Assembly (NCBI GenBank): GCA_963793305.1
Contig: CAWBZV010000002.1
Location: forward strand, 128,001-192,000
Reading direction: 5' to 3'
DNA: 64,000 nucleotides
Source of the DNA: an uncultured Gemmatimonadales bacterium
GTDB lineage: Bacteria > Gemmatimonadota > Gemmatimonadetes > Gemmatimonadales > Gemmatimonadaceae
Of the stretch, positions 51,430-60,009 are shown one piece after another. Under the pieces are notes generated by a model. It saw only the letters and a program-made list of their open reading frames with translations. It was not told the DNA's origin and did not search any database. The stretch's first letter is position 1, and the number at the start of each line of letters is the position of its first letter. A program made the position numbers and the translations under genes.

Positions 51430-52299
51430 GTGGTGACAGGGTTGAAGAACTTCAACTCGTACCGGGCGGTCCCCACGCTGGAGACGCTCGTGCGGGGCGC
51501 CGAGTCACCGCGTCTGGCGGTGCCCGAGGTGGTGGAAGGTCAGGCGCTGGCGCGCATTCCACTCTCCGGGCCGCCGGTCGTCGGGTTCGCCGCCTTCCTC
51601 AATGGCATCCAGCAAAGCCGCGTGGTGTACCACTCGGGCCTCGTCCCCATCGTCCACGGCACCGTCGGCGCCGTCATCCGGGTGCGCCGCGATCGCCGGC
51701 TCACGACGCACCCGCTCGGCCCCAGGATCTCACGCACGCTCCTCGCCCCGCGCCAGCTCCTTCCCGACGATCTCTGGAACGACCTGGTCCCGCTCGGCGT
51801 GATCGATACCGGGTCCGGCCCGGCCGACGCGCACCCGTCGGCATTGCTCGAACGCGCGATTCACCTCGTCGAGCAACGTCGCGAGGCGGCGGAGCGCTTC
51901 CTGGCCGAGGCCTGGGTTGATTCGGCTCCCCTCTGGGTCGATGGTCCGCTCTCCATCGCCTCATCTCAGGCAATCGGCGTCGTTCGTACCCACCGAACCC
52001 TCTACACCGAGTCGGATACGCTGCCGATGCTCTGCGAGCTGGCCGTGGGTGAGCGCAGCAGCATTTTCCGGGTGAGAGACAATTTCAGTTGGTATCTGCG
52101 ACTCAGAGACCCAGCCGGCCGCGATCCCCTGTGGGGGCTCCTCCGCGTCGAAGTAGCGGACGCAACCTCCGAACGGGCCGATCTCGTGTCGCGCTGGGTG
52201 CTGGCCGAGTCGACGCCACTCGCGCTGCCAGATCCCCGATGGGATACTCTGGTCTATGGAGTACGAGACTGCGAAGAATACCTCCGTGCCGTCTGCTGA
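51430..52299 (+). CDS. nurA: NurA-like nuclease (RNase H fold)
   Basis: AFL[N]GIQQS, R..AE, LWVDGPL, IGVVRTH, GERS.IF, SWYLRL and DPRW...VRDCEEYLR; overlaps the herA start. Start uncertain. Confidence 0.7.
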   Translation: MVTGLKNFNSYRAVPTLETLVRGAESPRLAVPEVVEGQALARIPLSGPPVVGFAAFLNGIQQSRVVYHSGLVPIVHGTVGAVIRVRRDRRLTTHPLGPRISRTLLAPRQLLPDDLWNDLVPLGVIDTGSGPADAHPSALLERAIHLVEQRREAAERFLAEAWVDSAPLWVDGPLSIASSQAIGVVRTHRTLYTESDTLPMLCELAVGERSSIFRVRDNFSWYLRLRDPAGRDPLWGLLRVEVADATSERADLVSRWVLAESTPLALPDPRWDTLVYGVRDCEEYLRAVC

Positions 52300-54247
52300 C
52301 GACGCGCTTCGGCCCGTTGGCCGCGTCGTAGCGACCGAGCGGCGGCCGAACACCCCGCACGAGTTCCATTTCTGGACCGCGCTCGACGCGGCGGTCGGCA
52401 TCGGGACGATCGTGCGGGTGGTCGGCACGCATCCGGTCGCGGGGCGTATCCCGACGGTGTACGGGGTCGTAGTCGAGGGCTTCAGCTACACCGACCTCGC
52501 CACGCCACTGCACGACGTGCTCGGCCACGACGGCGCGCCCGAGCGGGTGGCGGCTGCGCCCACCGAGCGTGCCGAGATCCGGCTGTACACGGCGGCCGTG
52601 CTGCGCCAGGTGCCCGAGGAGCCCCTGCAGCCGGTGCCCCTCGGCCAGGTGTTCCTGGCCAACGAGGCCGACGTCCTGATCGCCCTGCGCATGGACTCCT
52701 ACGCCGGCCGCGGCATCCCGGTCGGGTTGTATCGGGCTGGCGGCAGCGAGTCTCCCGTCTATCTCGACCCGGACTTCCTCCTCGGACCAGAAGCGGCTCA
52801 CCTCAACATCACGGGCGTGTCGGGTCTGGCCACGAAGACGAGCGCCGTCGAATGGCTGCTGTCGTCGATATTTGCTCACTTCCCGGCAGACAAGGGATCG
52901 GTCGCCGCGGTGTGCTTCAACGTCAAGGGACCCGATCTGTGCTTTCTGGATCTCCCCGCCAATCTCGAAGACGTTGATCGCGCGCTGTACGAACGCCTCG
53001 GCGTGCCCCCGGTCCCATTTCCCAACGTTCACTATTTCGCACCGTACACGGCCAAGGGGTATGCGCTGAATACCCTGCGCTCCAATGAAGCGCTGCTACA
53101 CAACGTCTCGCCGCTGACGTGGGGCCTGCGCGAGGTCCTTCAATTCGCCGAAGTATTACTCAACAGAGACGACGTTGACGCGAAGGCCGATGCGGTTATC
53201 GATTTTATACGAGAGAGAGTTGTTGATCGGCCGTTTCACGATGATACGTTGGCGTCGACGCACCATGTCAGATCGTTTGCGGATCTGGATGCGTGGTTTC
53301 GCGATGTCCTGGCGAGCATGGAGCGACGAAACGCGGAGTCGTGGCGAACCCATCACGGGGCGACGATCCGGAAGGTCAGAAATCGCCTGACCAATATCGC
53401 GACGCGTTGCGCGGGCCTCGTGACGAACGATGGGGGGACGAGCGATCTCCCGTTCGGGAGCTTTCGCGACCGGACGGTGTACGTGATCGATGTCGCCTTG
53501 CTCGAAGAAGACGCGCAGGATCTGATCTTCGCCCGCGTTGTCTCGAAGCTCCGCGAGCACCTCGAACGGCGGGATCTCGGCGTTCAGCACGTGGTGGTGT
53601 TCGTGGACGAGCTGAACAAATACGCGCCGGGCGACGGACCGGACACGTATGTGCGGAAGATGCTGCTCGATGTCGCCGAACGGGGCCGGTATCTCGGGCT
53701 CGTGCTGTTCGCCGCGCAGCAGTTCCGGTCGCAGGTCCATCGGCGGGTGGTCGGCAACGCTGGCACCGCGTTATTCGGTCGAATGGATGGCGACGAGTTG
53801 GCGACGCCAGGGTACGCCACCCTGGGGCCGGCCTTGCGCACGAAGTTGGCGACGTTGGAGAAGGGGCAACTGATGGTGCGACACCCGCATTTCGCGCAAC
53901 CGGTGTTCGTCCGGTTCCCTCGTCCGGCCGTGTTGACGGGCCGGCTGGGCGCCGAGCGCTATCCGCCGAGCACAGAGCCAGCCCTCGATGTGGCCGTCAC
54001 GCGCGCCCTGCGCGCGATCGATCCGGGGGTGACGCTCGGCTGGGTCCAAGACGTCATCGCGCTCGTCGACGATGCCGACGTGCTGCGCGCCAAGGTCGCC
54101 GTCGAGGTGACCCGGCCGCAGGACGTCAAAGCGTTCTTCCGCGCGACGCTGCGCACCGCGGCGCGCGTGGCTGCACCGGTTGCGGCATCTCCAGTTCCGG
54201 CGGTCCCATTGAAGACGGCGCCGGACGACGACCCGTACGGGTTTTGA
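52286..54247 (+). CDS. herA: HerA-family ATPase/DNA translocase
   Basis: N-terminal HAS-barrel-like region, HLNITGVSGLATKTS (Walker A variant), FNVKG, VFVDELNKYAP and ERGRYLG...AQQ. Confidence 0.85.
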   Translation: MPSADDALRPVGRVVATERRPNTPHEFHFWTALDAAVGIGTIVRVVGTHPVAGRIPTVYGVVVEGFSYTDLATPLHDVLGHDGAPERVAAAPTERAEIRLYTAAVLRQVPEEPLQPVPLGQVFLANEADVLIALRMDSYAGRGIPVGLYRAGGSESPVYLDPDFLLGPEAAHLNITGVSGLATKTSAVEWLLSSIFAHFPADKGSVAAVCFNVKGPDLCFLDLPANLEDVDRALYERLGVPPVPFPNVHYFAPYTAKGYALNTLRSNEALLHNVSPLTWGLREVLQFAEVLLNRDDVDAKADAVIDFIRERVVDRPFHDDTLASTHHVRSFADLDAWFRDVLASMERRNAESWRTHHGATIRKVRNRLTNIATRCAGLVTNDGGTSDLPFGSFRDRTVYVIDVALLEEDAQDLIFARVVSKLREHLERRDLGVQHVVVFVDELNKYAPGDGPDTYVRKMLLDVAERGRYLGLVLFAAQQFRSQVHRRVVGNAGTALFGRMDGDELATPGYATLGPALRTKLATLEKGQLMVRHPHFAQPVFVRFPRPAVLTGRLGAERYPPSTEPALDVAVTRALRAIDPGVTLGWVQDVIALVDDADVLRAKVAVEVTRPQDVKAFFRATLRTAARVAAPVAASPVPAVPLKTAPDDDPYGF

Positions 54248-55008
54248 TGCTCTCGGTACTGGTCCTCCTGCAGAGCGTGGTGCTGAGCATTCGCCCGCAC
54301 GCGGGTGACACGCTGCATATGCGCTACGACCAGCGGGTGGAGACGATCGCGACGACAGAACGCGGCCACGCCGACACGACCACCTCGGTCGTCTCGACCC
54401 TTCTCGTTATGAGTCGCACCATTGTCGAATCGAGCGACTCGTCGGGTGCTGACGTTGTCGCCGTCACCGACTCGGTGGCGTCGACGTCGTCCGGCGGGCG
54501 GACGCCCGAGTCAGCCCAAGCCGCGCGTGAGATGTTGCAAGGCAAAGAGGTCCGGCTGCGCCTGTCCCCGGACGGCGCCACGGTCGCCGAGGACACCGCG
54601 GCCAATCCCGAGTTGCGGTCGCTCTTCGCCGCCATGCCGGCGATCCTGCCCAAAGCGCCAACGCCGGTGGGGCGCCGCTGGAAACGGGAGATGGCCGGGC
54701 CGATCGGGGGCGCCATAGAGGGTGGGCACTCCGAGGTGAAAACGACGTTCCGGCTGGACTCCCTGTCGAAGACCGGAGATCTGGCCTACGTCTCGGTTCG
54801 CGGGACGATCACGGAAGCTTCGACCGGCCCCGGTCCCACCAAGAGCGAGTCCTCGGGCACGGTGAACGGGACCGTGCTCCTCGATCTCCGGCGCGGGTGG
54901 GTCACCGAATCCCGGGACCGGATCGTGATCACGTCCACCATCCGCTCTCGCGGCGCGAAGATGCGGATCAAAATGACCGTCACGCAGTGGCTGCGAGCGA
55001 TAGATTGA
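54247..55008 (+). CDS. Hypothetical, probably exported, beta-rich protein
   Basis: ATG overlaps the herA TGA; short hydrophobic N-terminus; Thr/Ser-rich alternating beta strands. Confidence 0.7.
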   Translation: MLSVLVLLQSVVLSIRPHAGDTLHMRYDQRVETIATTERGHADTTTSVVSTLLVMSRTIVESSDSSGADVVAVTDSVASTSSGGRTPESAQAAREMLQGKEVRLRLSPDGATVAEDTAANPELRSLFAAMPAILPKAPTPVGRRWKREMAGPIGGAIEGGHSEVKTTFRLDSLSKTGDLAYVSVRGTITEASTGPGPTKSESSGTVNGTVLLDLRRGWVTESRDRIVITSTIRSRGAKMRIKMTVTQWLRAID

Positions 55009-55011
55009 AGG

Positions 55012-56175
55012 ATGCGGCTCGTGCATCTGTCCGACCTGCACCTGGGGTTCAGACAATACCAACGTCTGACCCCGGCGGGAATCAATCAGCGCGAAGCCGA
55101 TGTGGCGGCGAGCTTCAAGACCGCGATAGACAAGATTGTCAGTCTCGAACCTGATCTGGTGCTGATCGCGGGTGACCTGTTCCACACGGTGCGCCCGTCC
55201 AATCCGGCGATTCTCCACGCCTTCTTGCAATTCGGCCGTCTCAAGAAATCCCTTCCGAACGCCGAGATCGTACTGATCGCGGGGAATCATGACCTCCCGC
55301 GTGCGAGCGAGACGGGTTGCATCCTGGGTCTCTTTCGACAACTGGGTCTCCATGTCGTCGACGCCGAAGCGCGGAGGATCGATCTTCCGGACCGCGGCGT
55401 CTCGATACTAGCCGTTCCAGACACATCAGCCCCTTTACCAGCACTCGTCGGCAATCCGTCCGCGAAGTACAACGTGTTGGTGCTCCATGGTGTGGTGCCT
55501 GGCCTGTTGCCGGACTGGTTTACGGCCTCCGATCGCGCGCGCACCGAGGTATCGCTCGAGGACCTCACGAAGTCCGACTGGGACTACGTCGCGCTCGGGC
55601 ACTATCACGTCTATCAACGGGTCAAGAAGCGCATCTTCTACTCGGGCGCGATCGATTACACGAGCACGAGCCCGTGGGGCGAGCTGTATCTCGAGGGTCA
55701 GGCGAACATTCCTGGCAAAGGTCTGATCGAGCACGATCTCGATTCCGGCCGGCACAAGTTTCATCCGTTACCACCGGCACGGAAGCACATCGATGTGCCG
55801 CCGATTCCCGCCTTCCAACTCGCGCCATCCGAGATCGACCGGCTGATCGCCGCTATGGTGAGCGAGGTCGATCTCGACGGCAACATCGTCCGTGTCGTGC
55901 TCCAGGATGCGCAGCGCCATGTCGTGCGCGAGCTCAATCACGCCGCGCTCCGCGAGTATCAACGGCGCGCGTTGCACTTTCAGCTGGACGTCCGGCGGTC
56001 CAATGTCCCGCGGGTGACGCTGTCAGGTGCCACGGGCCGGCGTCTCTCGTTGACCGAGATCGTGCGCGCGAAGCTCGAGACCCGGGAGCTCGAGGCGGAC
56101 CTCAATCGCGACGCGCTGATCGATCTCGGTCTCAAGTATCTGAAAGACGCCGAGGCGGTCGAGGTGCCGGAGTGA
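55012..56175 (+). CDS. sbcD: Mre11/SbcD nuclease
   Basis: HLSDLHLG, AGDLFH, GNHD, LHG, ALGHYH and YSG metallophosphoesterase motifs. Confidence 0.92.
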   Translation: MRLVHLSDLHLGFRQYQRLTPAGINQREADVAASFKTAIDKIVSLEPDLVLIAGDLFHTVRPSNPAILHAFLQFGRLKKSLPNAEIVLIAGNHDLPRASETGCILGLFRQLGLHVVDAEARRIDLPDRGVSILAVPDTSAPLPALVGNPSAKYNVLVLHGVVPGLLPDWFTASDRARTEVSLEDLTKSDWDYVALGHYHVYQRVKKRIFYSGAIDYTSTSPWGELYLEGQANIPGKGLIEHDLDSGRHKFHPLPPARKHIDVPPIPAFQLAPSEIDRLIAAMVSEVDLDGNIVRVVLQDAQRHVVRELNHAALREYQRRALHFQLDVRRSNVPRVTLSGATGRRLSLTEIVRAKLETRELEADLNRDALIDLGLKYLKDAEAVEVPE

Positions 56176-58622
56176 GGCTCAACAGCCTGCACCTGGTCAA
56201 CTTTCGACAGCACACCGACAGCCGCATCACGTTCGAGTCGGGCCTGACGGGGATCATCGGCCCCAATGGCTCGGGCAAGACGACGATCCTCGAGGCGATC
56301 ACGTGGGCCTTGTACGGCCACGCTCGCGGTACGCGCGATTCGATCCGCCACACGCGCGCCGGTCCGCGGGCGCCCGTTCGGGTCGAGCTCGATTTCGAGC
56401 TCGCCGGCCACCGCTTCCGCATCGAGCGGGGGTTGAACAGCGCCGAGTTGTATCTCGATGGCGCATCGACGCCGATCGCGAACACCATCTCGAGCGTCAC
56501 CAGCCAGCTGCAGAAAAAGCTCGGCATGACCCGGGCCGAGTTCTTCCACACGTATTTCACGGGCCAGAAAGAGCTCGGCCTCATGGCCGCGATGGGTCCG
56601 GCCGATCGGGCGCGGTTCCTGTCGCGTGTTCTCGGCTACGAGCGACTCCGCGTCGCCCAAGAGCTGGCGCGGGAACGCCGCAAGGCGATCCTGGCCGAGG
56701 TCACCGGAATGCGGAGCGGCATGGGCGACCGCGAGACGATCCTCCGCGCGGTGGCGGTGGCCGAGTCGCGACTCGCCGAGGCGACCGAGCGGTCGGTGCA
56801 GGCCGGGTCGAGTCTCGAACGCGCCGAGACCGCCCTCGGCGCGATCGCGCCTCAGTGGGAGCGCGCGCAGCAAGAGCGGGAGCGTTGGAAGGAGTTGTCG
56901 GCGCGCCTGCAGGTGGCCGAGGGCAAGGTCGACGATCTCCTGAAGAACGCCCAACGGATTGCGCGTGACCTGGACGAGGTACGCGCCTCGCGCGCGGAGC
57001 TCGACGCCTTGCGCGTGCAGCTCGGCGGATACCGCGCGCTCGTGCAAGAGGTCCAGCAGCTGGATATCCTCGCGCGAGAGGAGGGCCGCCGCAAAGCGTT
57101 AGGAGAGCAGGAGCGGGTACTTGCGGATGATCTATCACAACTCGCCGAGCGGGTCGATCGCCTGGAGTCAGCGCCAACGCTGGCCGCTGAAGTAGAGGCC
57201 GAGCTCGCAAAGTCGCAGGCCGCACTCACGGATGCCCAGTCGCGGACTGACGCTCGGCAAAACGAATGGGTTCGCGACCAGCAGGAAGCGAAAACGAAGC
57301 TCCAGTCACTCGTCGCGCAGCGAAAAGATGTCCGCCGTCAGCAAGAACAGTTGCAGGCGGTCGGCGAACATGGTGAGTGCCCCACGTGCGGCCAGTCGCT
57401 CGGTGGTGGTCACTTTCGAAAAGTTCTGGATGAGTTGGAGCGCCAGGCCGACGAGATCTCGGTCAATGGCAAGTATTATCAAGATCGCCAGAAACAGTTA
57501 GCCGACCGCCCCGCCGATCTGATCGAGCTCGAAGCCTTGCGCGCCACGCTCACGAAACAGTCGGGCACCCTCGATCGCAAGCTGGTGAGAGCCCAGGAAG
57601 CCGTAAAGGAACTGGAAGGGCTGCGACGGGACCTGAGCGAGAAGCAGGTCCGGCGGAAGAAGATTCGCGCCGAGTTGGATGGCCTGCCGGTAGGCTACGA
57701 CGAGGCGCGTCACCGCCAAGCACGGGCCGACATCGAACGGCTGGCGCCCCTCGATCAGCGCGCGTCCCGGGTGAGCGGGGCAGTGGAGCGCACGCCCGTG
57801 CTCGAACACGACAAAGCGCAGATCGAGGCCTCGCTCGCCGCCGCGCGCATCACGGTCGCGGAGCTCAACGGGCAGCGCGATGCGCTCGCGTTCGATGCCA
57901 CGCTCTATGCGAGTCTGCGCGAGCAGTTCGAGCGCTCGGATGCGCTGGCGCGTGCGGCGGAGCTGGACACGGTCCGCGCCATCGCGGAGACCCACGCCGC
58001 GCGCAAAGCGTTGGAGACTGCCGAACAGGCCCGGGTCGAGTGGGACAAGATCCACGCGCGACTGGAGGGGCTGGTGGTCGACCGGCGACTGCACGACGAG
58101 GTCGATCGCGCCTATACCGCCCTGCGCGACGACCTCAATATCCAGCTCAGACCAGAGATCTCGGAGCTGGCCAGCGAGTTCCTGGCCGAGCTGACGGACG
58201 GGCGCTATAGTGAGCTCGAGCTCGATGACGAGTACAATATCAATGTGCTCGAAGACGGGGTGCCGAAGCCCGTGATCTCGGGGGGCGAGGAAGATATCGC
58301 GAATCTGGTGCTGCGCCTCTCGGTGTCGCAGATGATCGCGGACCGCGCGGGCCAGTCGTTCTCGCTCCTCGTGCTCGACGAGGTATTCGGGTCGTTGGAC
58401 GACAGCCGCCGGCACAACGTGGTCGAGCTCCTGCGGCGTCTCCACGACCGGTTCGATCAGGTCATCGTCATCACGCACATCGATTCCGTGCGCGATGGAC
58501 TCGATCGCGTGATCTCCGTGCGCTATGACGCCGCGCGCGGCACGTCGGTCGTGGATGCACCACCAGGTTCGTCCGCCGATCCCACGGAGCCACTCGAACT
58601 GGCACTCGAGGCCGCTGACTAA
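56172..58622 (+). CDS. sbcC: Rad50/SbcC SMC-like ATPase
   Basis: GTG overlaps the sbcD stop; GPNGSGKTT, coiled coils, CPTCG zinc hook, ISGGEE, LVLDEVFGSLD and ITH. Confidence 0.93.
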   Translation: MRLNSLHLVNFRQHTDSRITFESGLTGIIGPNGSGKTTILEAITWALYGHARGTRDSIRHTRAGPRAPVRVELDFELAGHRFRIERGLNSAELYLDGASTPIANTISSVTSQLQKKLGMTRAEFFHTYFTGQKELGLMAAMGPADRARFLSRVLGYERLRVAQELARERRKAILAEVTGMRSGMGDRETILRAVAVAESRLAEATERSVQAGSSLERAETALGAIAPQWERAQQERERWKELSARLQVAEGKVDDLLKNAQRIARDLDEVRASRAELDALRVQLGGYRALVQEVQQLDILAREEGRRKALGEQERVLADDLSQLAERVDRLESAPTLAAEVEAELAKSQAALTDAQSRTDARQNEWVRDQQEAKTKLQSLVAQRKDVRRQQEQLQAVGEHGECPTCGQSLGGGHFRKVLDELERQADEISVNGKYYQDRQKQLADRPADLIELEALRATLTKQSGTLDRKLVRAQEAVKELEGLRRDLSEKQVRRKKIRAELDGLPVGYDEARHRQARADIERLAPLDQRASRVSGAVERTPVLEHDKAQIEASLAAARITVAELNGQRDALAFDATLYASLREQFERSDALARAAELDTVRAIAETHAARKALETAEQARVEWDKIHARLEGLVVDRRLHDEVDRAYTALRDDLNIQLRPEISELASEFLAELTDGRYSELELDDEYNINVLEDGVPKPVISGGEEDIANLVLRLSVSQMIADRAGQSFSLLVLDEVFGSLDDSRRHNVVELLRRLHDRFDQVIVITHIDSVRDGLDRVISVRYDAARGTSVVDAPPGSSADPTEPLELALEAAD

Positions 58623-59599
58623 TGGCGGTCGTGAGGACGTGGCGCTCGACGAGGCCCGCTGACGGCCCGCACCCGGCGCGCCGTGAAGACATCCCCGGCC
58701 TCAATCAGGTCTTCAGCGACGCGTTCACCGAGCGGTACCGGCGCGATGGCATGATCGGCGTGCGCGTCCCGTTCTTGAATCCGGCGATCTGGCGTTACGC
58801 GATCGAAGACGCGGCCGAAGGCGCGATGCTCTGGCGCAGTGATCGCGGCGAGGTGATCGCGTTCAACATGACGCATCGCTCCGGCGTCGAAGGGTGGATG
58901 GGCCCGCTGGCCGTGCGTCCCGAGTCGCAGGGATCCGGGCTGGGGAAGGATCTGGTACGAGCCGGCATTGATTGGTTGAACCGCGCCGAGGCCCGGGTGA
59001 TCGGCCTCGAGACGATGCCGCGGACCATGGACAACATCGGCTTCTACTCGAGCCTCGGCCTCGTGCCTGGGCGACTCACGATGACGTTGACGCTCGAGGC
59101 CGCGGCCGCGGATCGGCAAGGACTCGTGCTCGGGCGCCAGCCGCGCGGCACACAGGACGACCTCATCGCCGAGTGTCGCTCGCTCGTCGGAGCGCAGATT
59201 CCGGGGTATGACTACACGCGTGAGTTGTTGCTCACTGATCATCTCGCCCTCGGTGACACGGTGCTCTTACGGGACGACGCCGATGCGTTGATCGGCTTTG
59301 CGCTGTGTCATACGGCGCCGCTCGTCGAGGGTCGTTCGCGCGACGAGCTCCGTGTGCTCAAACTCGTCGTGCGGTCGCTCCCGGATCTCGACGCCATGGT
59401 CCGGTTGCTCGCCGACTACGCGCGCCGGAGCGGTACGCGCCGCGTCGCGTTGCGGGTGCAGGGTGAATACGTCGAAGCCTACCAGCGCCTCATCGCCCTG
59501 GGCGCGCGCGTGCGCTGGACCGATCTCCGGATGTCGCTGGCGGGCGCCCCCGAGCCTCGCGCGGCTACCGGGATTGTTTGGTCGAATTGGGAGGTTTGA
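58622..59599 (+). CDS. GNAT-family N-acetyltransferase (tandem-GNAT size)
   Basis: GPLAVRPESQGSGLGK acetyl-CoA motif and NIGFYSSLG. Confidence 0.85.
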   Translation: MAVVRTWRSTRPADGPHPARREDIPGLNQVFSDAFTERYRRDGMIGVRVPFLNPAIWRYAIEDAAEGAMLWRSDRGEVIAFNMTHRSGVEGWMGPLAVRPESQGSGLGKDLVRAGIDWLNRAEARVIGLETMPRTMDNIGFYSSLGLVPGRLTMTLTLEAAAADRQGLVLGRQPRGTQDDLIAECRSLVGAQIPGYDYTRELLLTDHLALGDTVLLRDDADALIGFALCHTAPLVEGRSRDELRVLKLVVRSLPDLDAMVRLLADYARRSGTRRVALRVQGEYVEAYQRLIALGARVRWTDLRMSLAGAPEPRAATGIVWSNWEV

Positions 59600-59762
59600 C
59601 GCGCTTCGGCATCGGCGCGCCCCGCGCGACAATGCGCCAGATCACAATGAACAGTCCGAGCGTGAGCAACAGATGGACGAATCCGGGCGCGTTGTTCATA
59701 ACGAACACGAGCACGGCCCAGGTGACGAGCATGATGAGTCCTACAATGATACCGAAGTCCAA
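59565..59762 (-). CDS. Small membrane protein (lmo0937/DUF5670-like)
   Basis: Two TM helices with GFVHLLL; AGGA RBS before the TTG start. Confidence 0.65.
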   Translation of the reverse strand: MDFGIIVGLIMLVTWAVLVFVMNNAPGFVHLLLTLGLFIVIWRIVARGAPMPKRVKPPNSTKQSR

Positions 59763-59802
59763 TTGACTCGTCCTGTTGATGGCGCTTAGTTTAGTGTCCA
59801 GT

Positions 59803-59958
59803 TAGGGGCGGAGAGGCCTAATTTTTGAGCCGATAAGTCCTCCGAGTGGGTTCGACAATCTATGCCAACGTCAGGCCCCAGTGCGGGGAAGACGACACGT
59901 GTGGTGAGGACCTCATACATTCGACAGGGCTTCAAAAACTCCTCTTCGTTCCGCTTTA
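59803..59958 (+). ncRNA. ssrS: 6S RNA candidate
   Basis: Long self-complementary rod: GGGGCGGAGAGG pairs with CCTCT...TCCGCTTT, TTTTGAGCC with GGCTTCAAAAA, GTCCTC with GAGGAC. Contains TGAGCCGATA and GACGACAC, which recall E. coli 6S. Followed by a hairpin. Confidence 0.7.
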
Positions 59959-59961
59959 TTC

Positions 59962-59999
59962 GAGAAGCTCCGTCATTCGTGGCGGAGCTTCTCTAATTT
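59962..59999 (+). terminator. Intrinsic terminator-like hairpin after the ncRNA
   Basis: GAGAAGCTCCGTCA-TTCG-TGGCGGAGCTTCTC followed by TAATTT. Confidence 0.7.
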
Positions 60000-60009
60000 A
60001 CACTGAGCT

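Noticed and set aside
53293..54246. N-terminal half of the 571-aa ORF
   Set aside because: Alternate frame of herA; the plausible gene starts at ATG 54247.
55317..56171. 285-aa N-terminal extension of SbcC (1101-aa ORF)
   Set aside because: It overlaps sbcD in another frame; the Rad50 N-terminus begins at the coupled GTG 56172.
57050..57620. Slightly lower-GC patches in sbcC and herA as possible inteins or insertions
   Set aside because: The frames are continuous with expected coiled-coil/hook or helical-insert sequence, and no intein terminal motifs are present.
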